A stretch of DNA of 64,000 nucleotides from Acidimicrobiia bacterium (GTDB lineage: Bacteria; Actinomycetota; Acidimicrobiia; Spongiisociales; ZC4RG35), in NCBI GenBank assembly GCA_965216495.1, contig OZ244163.1, positions 1,194,109 through 1,258,108 on the forward strand, read 5' to 3'. Below, piece after piece: positions 46,325 through 56,600 of this stretch; the first letter of the stretch is position 1, and every line of letters begins with the position of its first letter. The position numbers and the translations under genes are program-made. A model generated the notes under the pieces. It was not told the origin of the DNA. It searched no databases and saw nothing but the letters and a program-made list of their open reading frames with translations.

Positions 46325-47488
46325 TTGCTGAAGTTCATTGCGAAACGTCTCGTCCAGATGACGTTCCTCTTTTTCTTGTTCCTCTCCCTGGTCTTTTTCT
46401 TACTTTGGCTCCAGCCAGGGGACATCACGAGCCAGTTCCTCGATCCCAACATCCCGGCTGAGGTCCGCAATCGAATCATTGCCCGCCTTGGTTTGGATGG
46501 AAGTGTTTGGAATCAATGGTGGAACTACGTGACCAACTTCTTCCGGGGCAACCTCGGGGTGAGCTTCTCTCAATATCCCAAGCCGGTGCTCAGCGTCATT
46601 AGTGAGCGCATTCCTCGGACTCTCTTCCTGTTCACCTTCGCCACATTCTTCGCCTACATGCTCGGATTCGTTTTGGGTAAGAGGCTCGCCTGGAAGCGTG
46701 GTGGTTTCGGAGAGCACAGCGTCACCATCGGTGGCGTGTTCCTGTACACGGTGTTCTACCCGTGGTTCGCCATCCTCATGATCTTGTTGTTCTCCTCGAC
46801 CCTGGGTTGGTTCCCGATCAACGGGTTCCTCACGCCAGAGTTCTGGCGAAATGCCCCGTACTCCGGAAACGAGGTGTTCGCTCAGTTGCTGTGGTCGATG
46901 GCTATCGCCGCTGCAATCGCCGTACTCGGGATCGTCTTGTCCCGTCGGGTCAAAGAGCGCACTACCCAACGTCTCTTGAGAAGGGGCGGCTACTTGGGTG
47001 GGATCCTGGCCTTTGCGTTGTTCTGGCTAGTCCGAGCCGACATGCGCCCATTTGCTCAGGACATCGTCCATCACTCGATGCTCCCTGTGGTCACTCTGAC
47101 TCTCATCGCATTTGCCGGGACCATGCTCTTGACTCGAAGCTCGATGCTGGAGACTTTGAAAGAGGACTACATCCTGACAGCGAGAGCCAAGGGTGTGCCT
47201 GACAAGGACATCAGAGACAAGCATGCTGCGCGAAATGCCCTGCTCCCGGTTGTCACCTCGTTCATCCTGGGCTTGGCGTTCATCATTGGCGGAGGGGTGG
47301 TTACCGAAACGGTGTTTGGGTGGCCCGGGATGGGCGCTCTCCTCCTCAACGCCACTCTCGTTGAGGATATCCCGCTGGCCACCGGTGCTCTCGGGTTCAT
47401 CGGCGTCCTCGCACTAATCGCCCACCTTTTGGTGGATATCTTGTACACCGTTCTCGACCCTCGGGTTCGGATCCAGACAGGCAACTAG
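46325..47488 (+). CDS. ABC transporter permease (DppB/OppB-like)
   Basis: AGGAG RBS before the TTG start. Family N-terminus MLKFIAKRL and the EAA-like loop LKEDYILTARAKGVPDKDI are present. Confidence 0.85.
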   Translation: MLKFIAKRLVQMTFLFFLFLSLVFFLLWLQPGDITSQFLDPNIPAEVRNRIIARLGLDGSVWNQWWNYVTNFFRGNLGVSFSQYPKPVLSVISERIPRTLFLFTFATFFAYMLGFVLGKRLAWKRGGFGEHSVTIGGVFLYTVFYPWFAILMILLFSSTLGWFPINGFLTPEFWRNAPYSGNEVFAQLLWSMAIAAAIAVLGIVLSRRVKERTTQRLLRRGGYLGGILAFALFWLVRADMRPFAQDIVHHSMLPVVTLTLIAFAGTMLLTRSSMLETLKEDYILTARAKGVPDKDIRDKHAARNALLPVVTSFILGLAFIIGGGVVTETVFGWPGMGALLLNATLVEDIPLATGALGFIGVLALIAHLLVDILYTVLDPRVRIQTGN

Positions 47489-47497
47489 GAGAAAAGG

Positions 47498-48631
47498 ATG
47501 ACAATCAAAGAACCTGAGGCCACGGACGTCGTCGAGACCACAGACGTCGAAGTCGGTGGTGCCGGTATAGGCGTCGGCGAGCCTCTTCCTGAGTCCCTCT
47601 GGAAAGTCCGATGGCGTCTCGGATGGCAAGCGCTCAAGAAGAACTGGTCGTTGTTCAAAGAACACAAGATCGGTCTCTTTGGGCTGGCCATCATCATCCT
47701 TTTCGCCCTGATGGCCATTGCCCATCCGGTTCTCAGATCGGTTGGCCCGTGGCAAGACGACGACATCTACGACCCGGTGGTCGGTTATGACGCTCCTGTG
47801 GAGACGTACGAGATCGTCGCCACCGAGGCCGATGTCGTCGATCCCGAGACTCAAATGGATCAGGTCACTGCCCAGCTCTGGTGTTTTGGAGTGTTCGCGG
47901 GCGACACATGTGATATTCCGCTTCAGCCTGCTCCGCCCGGCAATGGACACATTTTGGGGACCGATCCCCTAGGGCGGGACATCGCCTCTCAGCTGACCTT
48001 CAGCACGAGAGCAGCCTTCTTCTTAGGAACCATCGCAGCGGTCGTTACGGTTGTCGTTGCCACGACTATCGGGTCGATAGCAGCGTTTTACGGAGGTTGG
48101 TTAGACAACTTCCTCATGCGACTTGCCGACCTGGTGTTGCTGTTGCCTCTGATACCAATACTGATTGTGGTTTCAGGACTTTTCGTGGTCACGATGCCGT
48201 TATTGGGAATACTCATAGGCATCCTGTCAGGCTTCGGGGGGACGGCCATTGTGCTGAAATCTCAGGCTCTGGCAGTCAAGGTGAAGCCGTTCATCGACGC
48301 AGCAAGAGTGTCCGGCGGATCGAACATGCACCTGATCTTCAAGCACGTCATCCCCAACGTCCTGCCCCTCAGCTTCCTTTACATGATGTTCACGGTGACT
48401 GAGGCGGTGAGCCTCGAGGCCACCCTTTCATTCTTCGGTCTCATCAATGCAGACATGACCTGGGGGCTGATGCTTTCGAACGCACAGACCCAGGGTTACC
48501 TGCGGTCAGGCCTCGAGTTCTGGTGGCTGCTGATTCCGGCCGGAGTCGCGGTCAGTCTTCTGGCGGCAGGGTTCTTCTTTGTCGGCCGGGCCATGGACGA
48601 AGTGATCAACCCAAGGCTTCGCCAGCAATGA
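47498..48631 (+). CDS. ABC transporter permease (DppC/OppC-like) with an extended N-terminal/periplasmic insertion
   Basis: HILGTDPLGRDI and FIDAARVSGGSNMHLIFKHVIPNV are present. Confidence 0.85.
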   Translation: MTIKEPEATDVVETTDVEVGGAGIGVGEPLPESLWKVRWRLGWQALKKNWSLFKEHKIGLFGLAIIILFALMAIAHPVLRSVGPWQDDDIYDPVVGYDAPVETYEIVATEADVVDPETQMDQVTAQLWCFGVFAGDTCDIPLQPAPPGNGHILGTDPLGRDIASQLTFSTRAAFFLGTIAAVVTVVVATTIGSIAAFYGGWLDNFLMRLADLVLLLPLIPILIVVSGLFVVTMPLLGILIGILSGFGGTAIVLKSQALAVKVKPFIDAARVSGGSNMHLIFKHVIPNVLPLSFLYMMFTVTEAVSLEATLSFFGLINADMTWGLMLSNAQTQGYLRSGLEFWWLLIPAGVAVSLLAAGFFFVGRAMDEVINPRLRQQ

Positions 48632-49683
48632 CAAACACGAGATTGGAAGCCTCCGAGGGCAACCTCGGCGGGGGTGGACGCGCCGAAGCCCCCATTCTTG
48701 AAGTCAACAACCTCGTGATGAACTACGAGGTCAAAGGCGGGGGCATGGTGTCAGCCGTCGAAGACGTCAGTTTCAGACTCGAGCGGGGTCAGTCTTTGGG
48801 TCTGGTTGGTGAATCCGGTTGCGGCAAGACATCCATTGCCCTGACTCTCATCCGGCTCATGGCGGCCAACGCCCGGGTGCTTGGCGGCGAAGTTGTTCTC
48901 GACGGGGTGGACCTGTTGAAGATCTCCGAAGAAGAGATGAGGCAGCGTCGTTGGACCGATGTCTCAATGGTCTTCCAGGGTGCCATGAACTCATGGAATC
49001 CGGTTTACACCGTTGGTGAGCAGATCAGGGAGACCATGGACATCCACTGGGACCCCAAGCCGACTTCGGCTGAAGCGAGAGCCAAGACAGAAGAGTTGTT
49101 CCATCTCGTGGGCATCAATCCCGACATGATCGATCGGTATCCCCATGAGTTCTCAGGAGGGATGAAGCAGCGCGCCGTCATTGCTATGGCGTTGGCTTGC
49201 GATCCGAAGTTGATCATCGCCGACGAGCCGACGACTGCCTTGGACGTCATCGTTCAGGAGCAGATCCTCGAGGAGCTGAAGAAGGTCCAGGACGAGCTCG
49301 GCATGTCCATCATCTACATTTCTCACGACATTGCCGTCATTGCGGAGATCACTGACATGATCGGTGTGATGTACGCAGGCAAGCTGGTCGAGTTGGGACC
49401 GACGGCGGAGGTGTTCAAACGTCCTCGCCATCCGTACACGTGGCTGATTCTGTCGTCGACGCCGTCGATCACAGGTCCGAGAAGGGCACTGGCCCCACTC
49501 GAGGGAGAACCACCCAACCTCCTCGATCCGCCGACAGGGTGCAGGTTCCATCCGAGGTGTCCTTTTGCGACCGAGAGGTGCGCAGAGGAAGAGCCTCCTC
49601 TGTCCGGGATCGCCGATGAACACTCCATTGCTTGTTGGAATCACGATCAAGTGCCGATTGGTCTTGCGAAGGGAGAGCTATGA
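48628..49683 (+). CDS. ABC transporter ATP-binding protein (DppD/OppD-like)
   Basis: The ATG at 48628 overlaps the permease stop (ATGA). GESGCGKTS, FSGGMKQR, IIADEPTTALD and the C-terminal GCRFHPRCP are present. Confidence 0.85.
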   Translation: MTNTRLEASEGNLGGGGRAEAPILEVNNLVMNYEVKGGGMVSAVEDVSFRLERGQSLGLVGESGCGKTSIALTLIRLMAANARVLGGEVVLDGVDLLKISEEEMRQRRWTDVSMVFQGAMNSWNPVYTVGEQIRETMDIHWDPKPTSAEARAKTEELFHLVGINPDMIDRYPHEFSGGMKQRAVIAMALACDPKLIIADEPTTALDVIVQEQILEELKKVQDELGMSIIYISHDIAVIAEITDMIGVMYAGKLVELGPTAEVFKRPRHPYTWLILSSTPSITGPRRALAPLEGEPPNLLDPPTGCRFHPRCPFATERCAEEEPPLSGIADEHSIACWNHDQVPIGLAKGEL

Positions 49684-50735
49684 GCAGCAACGGCGAGACC
49701 AGGGTGAAGGTCGAGGACCTTCACAAGTTGTTCCCCATTTCGCGAGGTGTTTTCAGAAAGCCAATCGACTTCGTTCACGCGGTTGACGGCGTCGATTTCG
49801 AGATCAAAGCAGGGGAGTCCCTGGGACTCGTAGGAGAATCCGGGTGCGGTAAGACCACGACGGGCCGAATGCTCGTGAAGCTCGACGAGGCCTCCAGTGG
49901 CCAAATCCTCATTCGCGACGAGACGAGCCACGACATGGTGGACGTGACCGAAATCACCACGAAAGAAGATCAGAAGGAGTTCCGCCGGAATGTCCAGATG
50001 ATCTTCCAGGACCCCTATGAGTCGATGAACCCGAGGCGGACCATCTTCGACATCGTGGCCGAGCCGTTGACGGTTCAGAATCTTGGAACCACAGAAGAAC
50101 GCGAGCAGCGGGTGGTGGACCTGCTTCGGTTGGTCGGATTGACCCCTCCGGAGCCGTTCCTGTTCCGTTATCCCCACGAGTTGTCCGGGGGTCAGCGGCA
50201 GCGTGTCGCGATTGCCCGCGCCCTGGTGATGGAGCCATCTCTGGTCGTGGCCGACGAGCCGACTTCGATGCTTGATGTCTCGATCCGGATCTCGATCATG
50301 AGATTGATGTTGGAGCTGGCCGAGAAGCTGGGTGTCACCTACCTCTACATAACTCACGACCTGGCGGTGGCCCGGTACATGTGCGACAAGATCGCCGTCA
50401 TGTATTTGGGCAAGATCGTTGAGATGGGTCCCACCGAGTCGATCCTCAGCGAACCGATGCACCCATACACGCGAGCTCTCTTGTCAGCCGTTCCTGTGCC
50501 TGACCCGGCTTACGAGCGACCTGAAGTCGAGATCGAAGGTGGCGTCGCACGAGCAATCAACCCACCGGATCAGTGTCGATTCTTGGAGCGTTGTCCTTTC
50601 AAGGTCGACGTCTGTGAGACCGCCCATCCGCCTCTCGAAAGCCGGGGAAGCGAACACGTGGTGGCCTGTTACTTGGTCGACAAGAACGGCAAATGGACGG
50701 GCGCGCCTCGCGCTGAACTCGATCTGCGCTCCTGA
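49680..50735 (+). CDS. ABC transporter ATP-binding protein (DppF/OppF-like)
   Basis: The ATG at 49680 overlaps the upstream stop (ATGA). GESGCGKTT, LSGGQRQR, VVADEPTSMLD and CRFLERCP are present. Confidence 0.85.
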   Translation: MSSNGETRVKVEDLHKLFPISRGVFRKPIDFVHAVDGVDFEIKAGESLGLVGESGCGKTTTGRMLVKLDEASSGQILIRDETSHDMVDVTEITTKEDQKEFRRNVQMIFQDPYESMNPRRTIFDIVAEPLTVQNLGTTEEREQRVVDLLRLVGLTPPEPFLFRYPHELSGGQRQRVAIARALVMEPSLVVADEPTSMLDVSIRISIMRLMLELAEKLGVTYLYITHDLAVARYMCDKIAVMYLGKIVEMGPTESILSEPMHPYTRALLSAVPVPDPAYERPEVEIEGGVARAINPPDQCRFLERCPFKVDVCETAHPPLESRGSEHVVACYLVDKNGKWTGAPRAELDLRS

Positions 50736-50783
50736 ACAGGCGAAATACTTGTCAATGACGCCCTAGCGGCGTTTTATGGCGCA

Positions 50784-52445
50784 ATGCGTGGTCTCCTCGC
50801 ATTGGTTGTTCTGTGTGTCCTTGCATCGGCATGTTCGCCGATTGAGGCCGCGCCCGAGATCCCGCGACCGACACCGGCGACCCCACCACCGTTCGTGACG
50901 ACAACCACCGAGGCACAAGTGGTCACGTCGACTTCTGTGTTGGCAGATGCTGAGGCGGAATGCGCCACGTCGTTCTGTCTGATCTACACCATCCGCGATG
51001 GTGCTCGATGGTCGGACGGATCATCTGTGACCTCGGCTGACTTCGTCACGACATTTACCGCCGCAATCGCACCTGAGGGCGGCCCGACCAATCAGATCTA
51101 CACTCTGATTGACTCTGTGGAGCCGATAGACGATCACCGGGTTTTGGTCGCCTTGAAGCAGCCATACGCATCGTGGCAGGGCTTGTTTGCCCGGTTGGTC
51201 AAAAACGGCGATGGGGTTGGACAGGATTCGCCAACCACCGGACCGTTCTCGATCAGTGAGTGGGTTCGCGGCGATCGCATCGTTCTGTCCAGGGTGACCC
51301 CCTGGTGGTCATCGATCGATCCCTGGTCGCTCAGTCCAATGGGCACTGTGCAAGAGGTCTCGATTCAGTACGAGCCCGACGTTGGGACGATGGTTGACAG
51401 GCTTCTCAGGGGTGACGCTGATGTAGTTGTCGGGCGGCCAGACGGTAGGACCTTCGAACGCCTCGGAGCCTCCGAAACGGTGAATCTCAGCATCACGCCC
51501 GGCCCCTTCTGGGAGCACATTGCGTTCCGCCACGACCACCCGCTCTTGAGCCAGGCGTGGCTGCGGCAGGCTATTGCCTTGGCAATGGATCGCGACGCCA
51601 TGCTCGATGCCACGGTCCGGCAGATCGCTCCGGAAACAGAGCCGTTGGACAGTGTGATGTTCATCCAACAGTCGTCGGCCTACAAGTCCCGGTACTCGTT
51701 TGGATACGACCCGGAAGCGGCGGAACAGATCCTCGTCGACAACTTCTGCACAAGAGATAGTGGAGGGCCGTATTCGTGTCAGGGTCGCCCCCTCACGTTT
51801 GTTTGGGCAACGACGCGTGACGACCCGGCCCGAGCCGCCGTTTTCGATATTGCACGGCGCAATCTCGGCGATATCGGAATAGAGCTCGTAGACGGTTCGC
51901 AAATCCCATCGACATTCGTGACCCGTGAGTTTCTGTTTGGCGAGGACACATGGGACCTCATCAATTTCTCCTGGCGATCGACTGGAGACCCGTTGGATGT
52001 CGCAGCCACCGTGGTGTGCGGAGGCGACCTCAACGTGGCGCGGTCATGTGATTCGGAGCTTGACGAGATCATCGACGAGGCACGTCTCGCAGGTGATTCG
52101 ATCGAGCGAGATCGATTGCTCGCCCGAGTGGACGAGGTCTATCTGTCGGGCCCTTCGGTGATACCTCTCTATCAGAAGCCCACCTTTGTTGCTTGGGACT
52201 CAGCCATCGACGGTCCCGACCCCAGCCTCTTGCGTGATCTTTGGAACATCGGCCAGTGGACGGGGCCTGACCGCATCGTGGTTCTGCTTGAAGATGAGCC
52301 ACAGAGTCTCGACCCTTTGGGTGATGACGATCCTCTCGCCAGTTTGGTGCTCGACTCCCTTCTCTATGGTGCCTTCGGCATGACCCCGGAGCTGACCGCT
52401 TTGCCGGTCTTGGTCGAGGAGGTTGAGGTGATCTCCAATGAGTAG
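50784..52445 (+). CDS. second family-5 ABC substrate-binding lipoprotein
   Basis: Signal plus lipobox LVVLCVLASAC with a Pro/Thr linker. The SBP_bac_5-like body reads RWSDGSSVTSADFV. It lies at the 3' end of the transporter operon. Confidence 0.7.
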   Translation: MRGLLALVVLCVLASACSPIEAAPEIPRPTPATPPPFVTTTTEAQVVTSTSVLADAEAECATSFCLIYTIRDGARWSDGSSVTSADFVTTFTAAIAPEGGPTNQIYTLIDSVEPIDDHRVLVALKQPYASWQGLFARLVKNGDGVGQDSPTTGPFSISEWVRGDRIVLSRVTPWWSSIDPWSLSPMGTVQEVSIQYEPDVGTMVDRLLRGDADVVVGRPDGRTFERLGASETVNLSITPGPFWEHIAFRHDHPLLSQAWLRQAIALAMDRDAMLDATVRQIAPETEPLDSVMFIQQSSAYKSRYSFGYDPEAAEQILVDNFCTRDSGGPYSCQGRPLTFVWATTRDDPARAAVFDIARRNLGDIGIELVDGSQIPSTFVTREFLFGEDTWDLINFSWRSTGDPLDVAATVVCGGDLNVARSCDSELDEIIDEARLAGDSIERDRLLARVDEVYLSGPSVIPLYQKPTFVAWDSAIDGPDPSLLRDLWNIGQWTGPDRIVVLLEDEPQSLDPLGDDDPLASLVLDSLLYGAFGMTPELTALPVLVEEVEVISNE

Positions 52446-53568
52446 CGGGCCTCTTGCGGGCCTACGTGTGGTAGAGCTGGCTGGATTGGGTCCGGCCCCC
52501 TTCTGCGGAATGATCTTGGCTGACCTCGGTGCCGATGTGACTGTGGTGGACCGTCTCACAGGCCAGTTCGGTATTGGTGACAGGGATCTGCTGAAAAGAG
52601 GTAAGAAGTCCGTGGCAATCAATCTCAAAGACAGGCGTGGCATAGAGATCGTCTTGGATTTGGTCGCTAGCTCTGATGTATTGATCGAAGGGTTTAGGCC
52701 CGGGGTGTCCACACGGCTTGGCGTGGGCCCAGCGCAGTGTCTGGGTCGCAATCCACAACTCATCTACGCGTCAGTCACTGGGTGGGGCCAGTCAGGTCCG
52801 CTGGCCGATCGAGTGGGCCACGACCTCAACTACATCGCTTTGAGCGGTGTCCTTCACGCGATTGGTACGGCTGACGACCCCGTTCCGCCACTGAACCTCG
52901 TTGGCGATTTCGGCGGCGGGGGGATGCTCCTTGCAGTGGGGGTCTTGGCCGCACTCTACGAAAGGAACCAGTCGGGCCAGGGCCAGGAGATCGACGCTGC
53001 AATGGTCGATGGCTCAGCCCTTCTGGCGGCGTCACACTTTGGTTACATCGACAGTGGCGTTTGGACAGCCGAGCGAAGCTCCAACCTGCTCGATGGCGGC
53101 GCACCCTTCTACGCGGTCTACCGGACCTCGGATAATGAACATATGGCTGTTGGTGCCCTGGAACCACAGTTCTTTGAGGCCTTGGTGACGACTCTGGGCA
53201 TCGACTTCGATCTATTCCTGCAATACGACCGGGAATCTTGGCCCGAGCTGCGTCGTCGTCTGAGGGACACCTTCGGTGGAAAGACCCGTGATGAATGGGA
53301 GGTGATCTTTGGCGGCGTGGACGCGTGTGTTGCACCAGTGCTCTCGATGACGGAAGCGCCTGGGCACCCTCACAACCTCGCCCGGTCCACGTTTTCGATG
53401 AGTGGGGGACAGATTCAGCCGAACCCAGCGCCCCGATTCTCGCGTTCGACGTTAGATGAGCCCGCTGCTCCGCCGGAGCCAGGGGAACACACCGAGACGG
53501 TTCTCCTAGAGCTGGGTCTTAGGCCCGACGAAATCGGTATGCTTCGCGCCGCTGGAGTTGTTGCCTGA
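52438..53568 (+). CDS. family III CoA-transferase fold protein, alpha-methylacyl-CoA racemase-like
   Basis: GPLAGLRVVELAGLGPAPFCGMILADLGADV and LIEGFRPGV...GHDLNYIALSG are present. Confidence 0.8.
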   Translation: MSSGPLAGLRVVELAGLGPAPFCGMILADLGADVTVVDRLTGQFGIGDRDLLKRGKKSVAINLKDRRGIEIVLDLVASSDVLIEGFRPGVSTRLGVGPAQCLGRNPQLIYASVTGWGQSGPLADRVGHDLNYIALSGVLHAIGTADDPVPPLNLVGDFGGGGMLLAVGVLAALYERNQSGQGQEIDAAMVDGSALLAASHFGYIDSGVWTAERSSNLLDGGAPFYAVYRTSDNEHMAVGALEPQFFEALVTTLGIDFDLFLQYDRESWPELRRRLRDTFGGKTRDEWEVIFGGVDACVAPVLSMTEAPGHPHNLARSTFSMSGGQIQPNPAPRFSRSTLDEPAAPPEPGEHTETVLLELGLRPDEIGMLRAAGVVA

Positions 53569-53581
53569 GCCCGGAGGAAAC

Positions 53582-55420
53582 GTGACCGAAAACAATGTTC
53601 TAGTCGAGAGAGCCGAGATCGACGCCCTCATCGAGGGCAAGACCATTGTGGATTTCCTCGATCGAAACGCCGAGAAGTATGGCGACCAAGAGGCAGTCCA
53701 TTGGAAGGACGGAGACTGGAACAGCCTCACCTGGTCTGAGTATCGGCGGCAGGTTCATCAGCTGGCGGCGGGTCTGCAGACCCTCGGAGTCGGGTCAGGT
53801 GAGTTCGTAGCAATCATGGCGGGCAATCGGCCCGAGCACGTTCTCGCCGACTACGCAGCGGTTCACGCTGGTGCGACACCGGTAACGATCTACTCGACGT
53901 TGGCGGCGTCGCAGATCCAATACATCGCCGACAACTGCAAGGCGACCGTCGCGATCCTCGAAGATCTCGACTTCATGAAGCGATGGGAAGAGATCAGGAG
54001 CGAATTGCCCAATCTCCGCTATGTGGTGCTGATGTCCGGAGCTGAGAACTACGACACCGCCGACTGGGTGCTGTCGTGGGACGAACTGTTGGCGCGTGGC
54101 CTCAACCATTTGGAGGGCGATTCGGAGGCAGTTTCAAGAACTGCTGGAGCCGTCACACCGGACGATCTAGCGACGTTGATCTACACCTCGGGAACGACAG
54201 GCACACCCAAGGGCGTGATGATCAGCCAGCGGAACGTGGTTTGGACATTGGAGTGTCTGCGTCGTGCAGCCAATCTCCAAATGGGTGCGCGGATGGTTTC
54301 GTATCTGCCTCTGGCTCACATTGCTGAGCGGTTGGCGACTCATTACACCGGTACCTACCTCGCCGGGGCCGTCTGGTATTGCCCCAACCTTGCTGGCGTA
54401 CTGGAGTACATCCAGGCCGCCAAGCCGACGCTGTTTGTCGGCGTGCCTCGCGTCTACGAGAAGTTCCATGCACGTCTCCAGAGCCGTTTTGCCGAGGCTG
54501 AAGGGGTCAAGGCGACACTGCTCAAGAAGGCTCTCGCCGCGAACGAGAAACGGGTAGATGCCGAGGCGGAAGGCAAGAGCGGTCCTGCGAGTGCCGGAAT
54601 ACTCGACAAGATCGTGCTGTCCAAGGTCCGTGAGGGCTTGGGAATGGAGGATGTGCAGATCGCCATCACCGCCGCGGCTCCGATCTCACCCGATCTCGTC
54701 AAGTTCTTCCAGACCATTGGGATCCCTCTCTACGAGTTGTACGGGATGTCCGAAACCACAGGTCCGGCGACGACCAATGTCCCGGGGGCGTCGAAGATCG
54801 GCTCGGTGGGCAAAGCACTGCCTGGCGTCGAGGTCGAGACGGCAGACGACGGCGAGCTGTTGATGCGGGGCGGAGTGATCACCCAGGGCTACTACAAGCT
54901 CGATCAGGCGACCCGAGAGACATACGACCCAGAGGGTTGGCTCCACTCAGGCGATCTCGCCCGCATCGACGAGGACGGCTTCGTCTGGATCGTGGGACGG
55001 AAGAAGGAAATCATCATCACGGCCGCCGGAAAGAACATCGCTCCGGCGAAACTCGAGACGCTTCTGGGCAATCATCCCCTCGTGTCCAAGGCGTGCATGA
55101 TCGGTGACCAGCGCAAGTTCTTGAGCATGGTCATCGCACTCGACGCCGAGGAAGCTCCGGAGTGGGCCGCGGCCAACGGCATCGAGTACAGCGATCTTGC
55201 GTCGTTCTCTCTCGAACCCGAAGTACAGGCCGAGATCGCTCGTGCGGTCAACGAAGCCAACGAATCGGTGGCGCGGGTCGAACAGATCAAGAAGTGGATG
55301 GTGGTTCCGGACGAGTGGACTCCGGATTCAGGAGAGGTGACTCCGTCACTCAAGCTGAAGCGGCGAGTCGTGTTGGAGAAGTACGCCGACGACATCGAGA
55401 GGATGTACGTCGGGGTTTGA
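53582..55420 (+). CDS. fadD: long-chain fatty-acid--CoA ligase (AMP-binding)
   Basis: GGAGG lies 4 nt before the GTG at 53582. IYTSGTTGTPKGV, YGMSETTG and GWLHSGD are present. Confidence 0.8.
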   Translation: MTENNVLVERAEIDALIEGKTIVDFLDRNAEKYGDQEAVHWKDGDWNSLTWSEYRRQVHQLAAGLQTLGVGSGEFVAIMAGNRPEHVLADYAAVHAGATPVTIYSTLAASQIQYIADNCKATVAILEDLDFMKRWEEIRSELPNLRYVVLMSGAENYDTADWVLSWDELLARGLNHLEGDSEAVSRTAGAVTPDDLATLIYTSGTTGTPKGVMISQRNVVWTLECLRRAANLQMGARMVSYLPLAHIAERLATHYTGTYLAGAVWYCPNLAGVLEYIQAAKPTLFVGVPRVYEKFHARLQSRFAEAEGVKATLLKKALAANEKRVDAEAEGKSGPASAGILDKIVLSKVREGLGMEDVQIAITAAAPISPDLVKFFQTIGIPLYELYGMSETTGPATTNVPGASKIGSVGKALPGVEVETADDGELLMRGGVITQGYYKLDQATRETYDPEGWLHSGDLARIDEDGFVWIVGRKKEIIITAAGKNIAPAKLETLLGNHPLVSKACMIGDQRKFLSMVIALDAEEAPEWAAANGIEYSDLASFSLEPEVQAEIARAVNEANESVARVEQIKKWMVVPDEWTPDSGEVTPSLKLKRRVVLEKYADDIERMYVGV

Positions 55421-56568
55421 CCCACCGCACCATTTTTGAGACCGACCACGACCTTTTCCGCGAGTCGGTTCGGGAGTTCATCGCCCGCGAGATCACTCCA
55501 CACGTGGACGAATGGGAGCAGTCTGGTCTTGTAAGCAAGGAGATGTTCCGCAAGGCCGGTCAGGCGGGCCTGTTAGGCATGGCCATTCCGGAGGAGTTCG
55601 GCGGCGGAGGAGTCGCCGACTTCAGGTTCAACGCCATCATTGGCGAGGAGCTGATGACGGCCGATGCCTTTGGTTCCGGCTTGTGCATCACGCTTCACAA
55701 CGATGTGGTCCTTCCATACTTTCTCGAATACTGCACCGAGGAGCAAAGCCGCCGGTGGCTCCCAGGCTTGGCTTCGGGCGACTACATGTCGGCCATTGCG
55801 ATGACCGAGCCGGGCACCGGATCAGACCTGGCCGGCATTCAAACGACAGCCATTCGAGACGGCGACTGTTATGTCGTGAACGGCTCGAAGACGTTCATCA
55901 CCAACGGGATCAACTCGGATCTGATCGTGACGGCTGTCAAGACTGACCCCTCCCAGCGTCACGGCGGGATGAGCCTGCTGGTGATCGAGGATGGAATGGA
56001 AGGCTTCAGTCGCGGGCGCAACTTGGAGAAGATCGGATTGCACGCTCAAGACACGGCCGAGCTCTTTTTCGACGAGGTCAAGGTGCCTGTCCAGAATCTG
56101 TTGGGCGAGGAAGGCAAGGGGTTCCTTCACCTGGTTCACAACCTTCCTCAGGAGCGGCTCTCTCTGACGGCTGGTTCGGTCGCTCACGCCCAAGCCGCTT
56201 TCGACTGGACCCTCGAGTACGTGAAAGAACGGCAGGCGTTCGGTCAGCCCATTGGCACGTTTCAGACCATTCGTCACAAGATGGCCGAGATGCGCACCGA
56301 GCTCGACATAGCTCAGACCTATGTCGATTCGCAGATCATGGCACTCAACGCGGGCACATTGACCGCCGAAGACGCAGCAAAGTCGAAGTGGTGGGTCACC
56401 GAGATGGAGAACTCGATCATCACGAGATGTCTCCAGCTTTTCGGCGGGTGGGGATACATGGAGGAGTACCCCATAGCTAGGGCCTTTAGGGATGCGCGGG
56501 TCCAGACCATTTACGGGGGCACTTCCGAGATCATGAAGGAAATCGTCGGAAAATCGCTCGGACTCTAG
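55417..56568 (+). CDS. acyl-CoA dehydrogenase
   Basis: The TTG at 55417 overlaps the fadD stop (TTGA) and gives a 383-aa protein. AMTEPGTGSDLAG, FITNG and YGGTSEIMKEIVGKSL are present. The 55162 start of the ORF track is an overlap artefact. Confidence 0.85.
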   Translation: MTHRTIFETDHDLFRESVREFIAREITPHVDEWEQSGLVSKEMFRKAGQAGLLGMAIPEEFGGGGVADFRFNAIIGEELMTADAFGSGLCITLHNDVVLPYFLEYCTEEQSRRWLPGLASGDYMSAIAMTEPGTGSDLAGIQTTAIRDGDCYVVNGSKTFITNGINSDLIVTAVKTDPSQRHGGMSLLVIEDGMEGFSRGRNLEKIGLHAQDTAELFFDEVKVPVQNLLGEEGKGFLHLVHNLPQERLSLTAGSVAHAQAAFDWTLEYVKERQAFGQPIGTFQTIRHKMAEMRTELDIAQTYVDSQIMALNAGTLTAEDAAKSKWWVTEMENSIITRCLQLFGGWGYMEEYPIARAFRDARVQTIYGGTSEIMKEIVGKSLGL

Positions 56569-56600
56569 GCTCCGCTTCTATACACAACGGAGGGTCAACC

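Noticed and set aside
49647-50462. Long antisense or alternative-frame ORFs inside well-supported genes (for example 49647-50462, 32391-33116, 17462-18148, 14365-15006, 33881-34522, 63164-63838, 12122-12610, 19378-20052)
   Set aside because: These are typical GC-rich shadow ORFs with Arg/Pro/Ser/Gly-biased products. Each fully overlaps a gene with clear family motifs on the other strand or in another frame.
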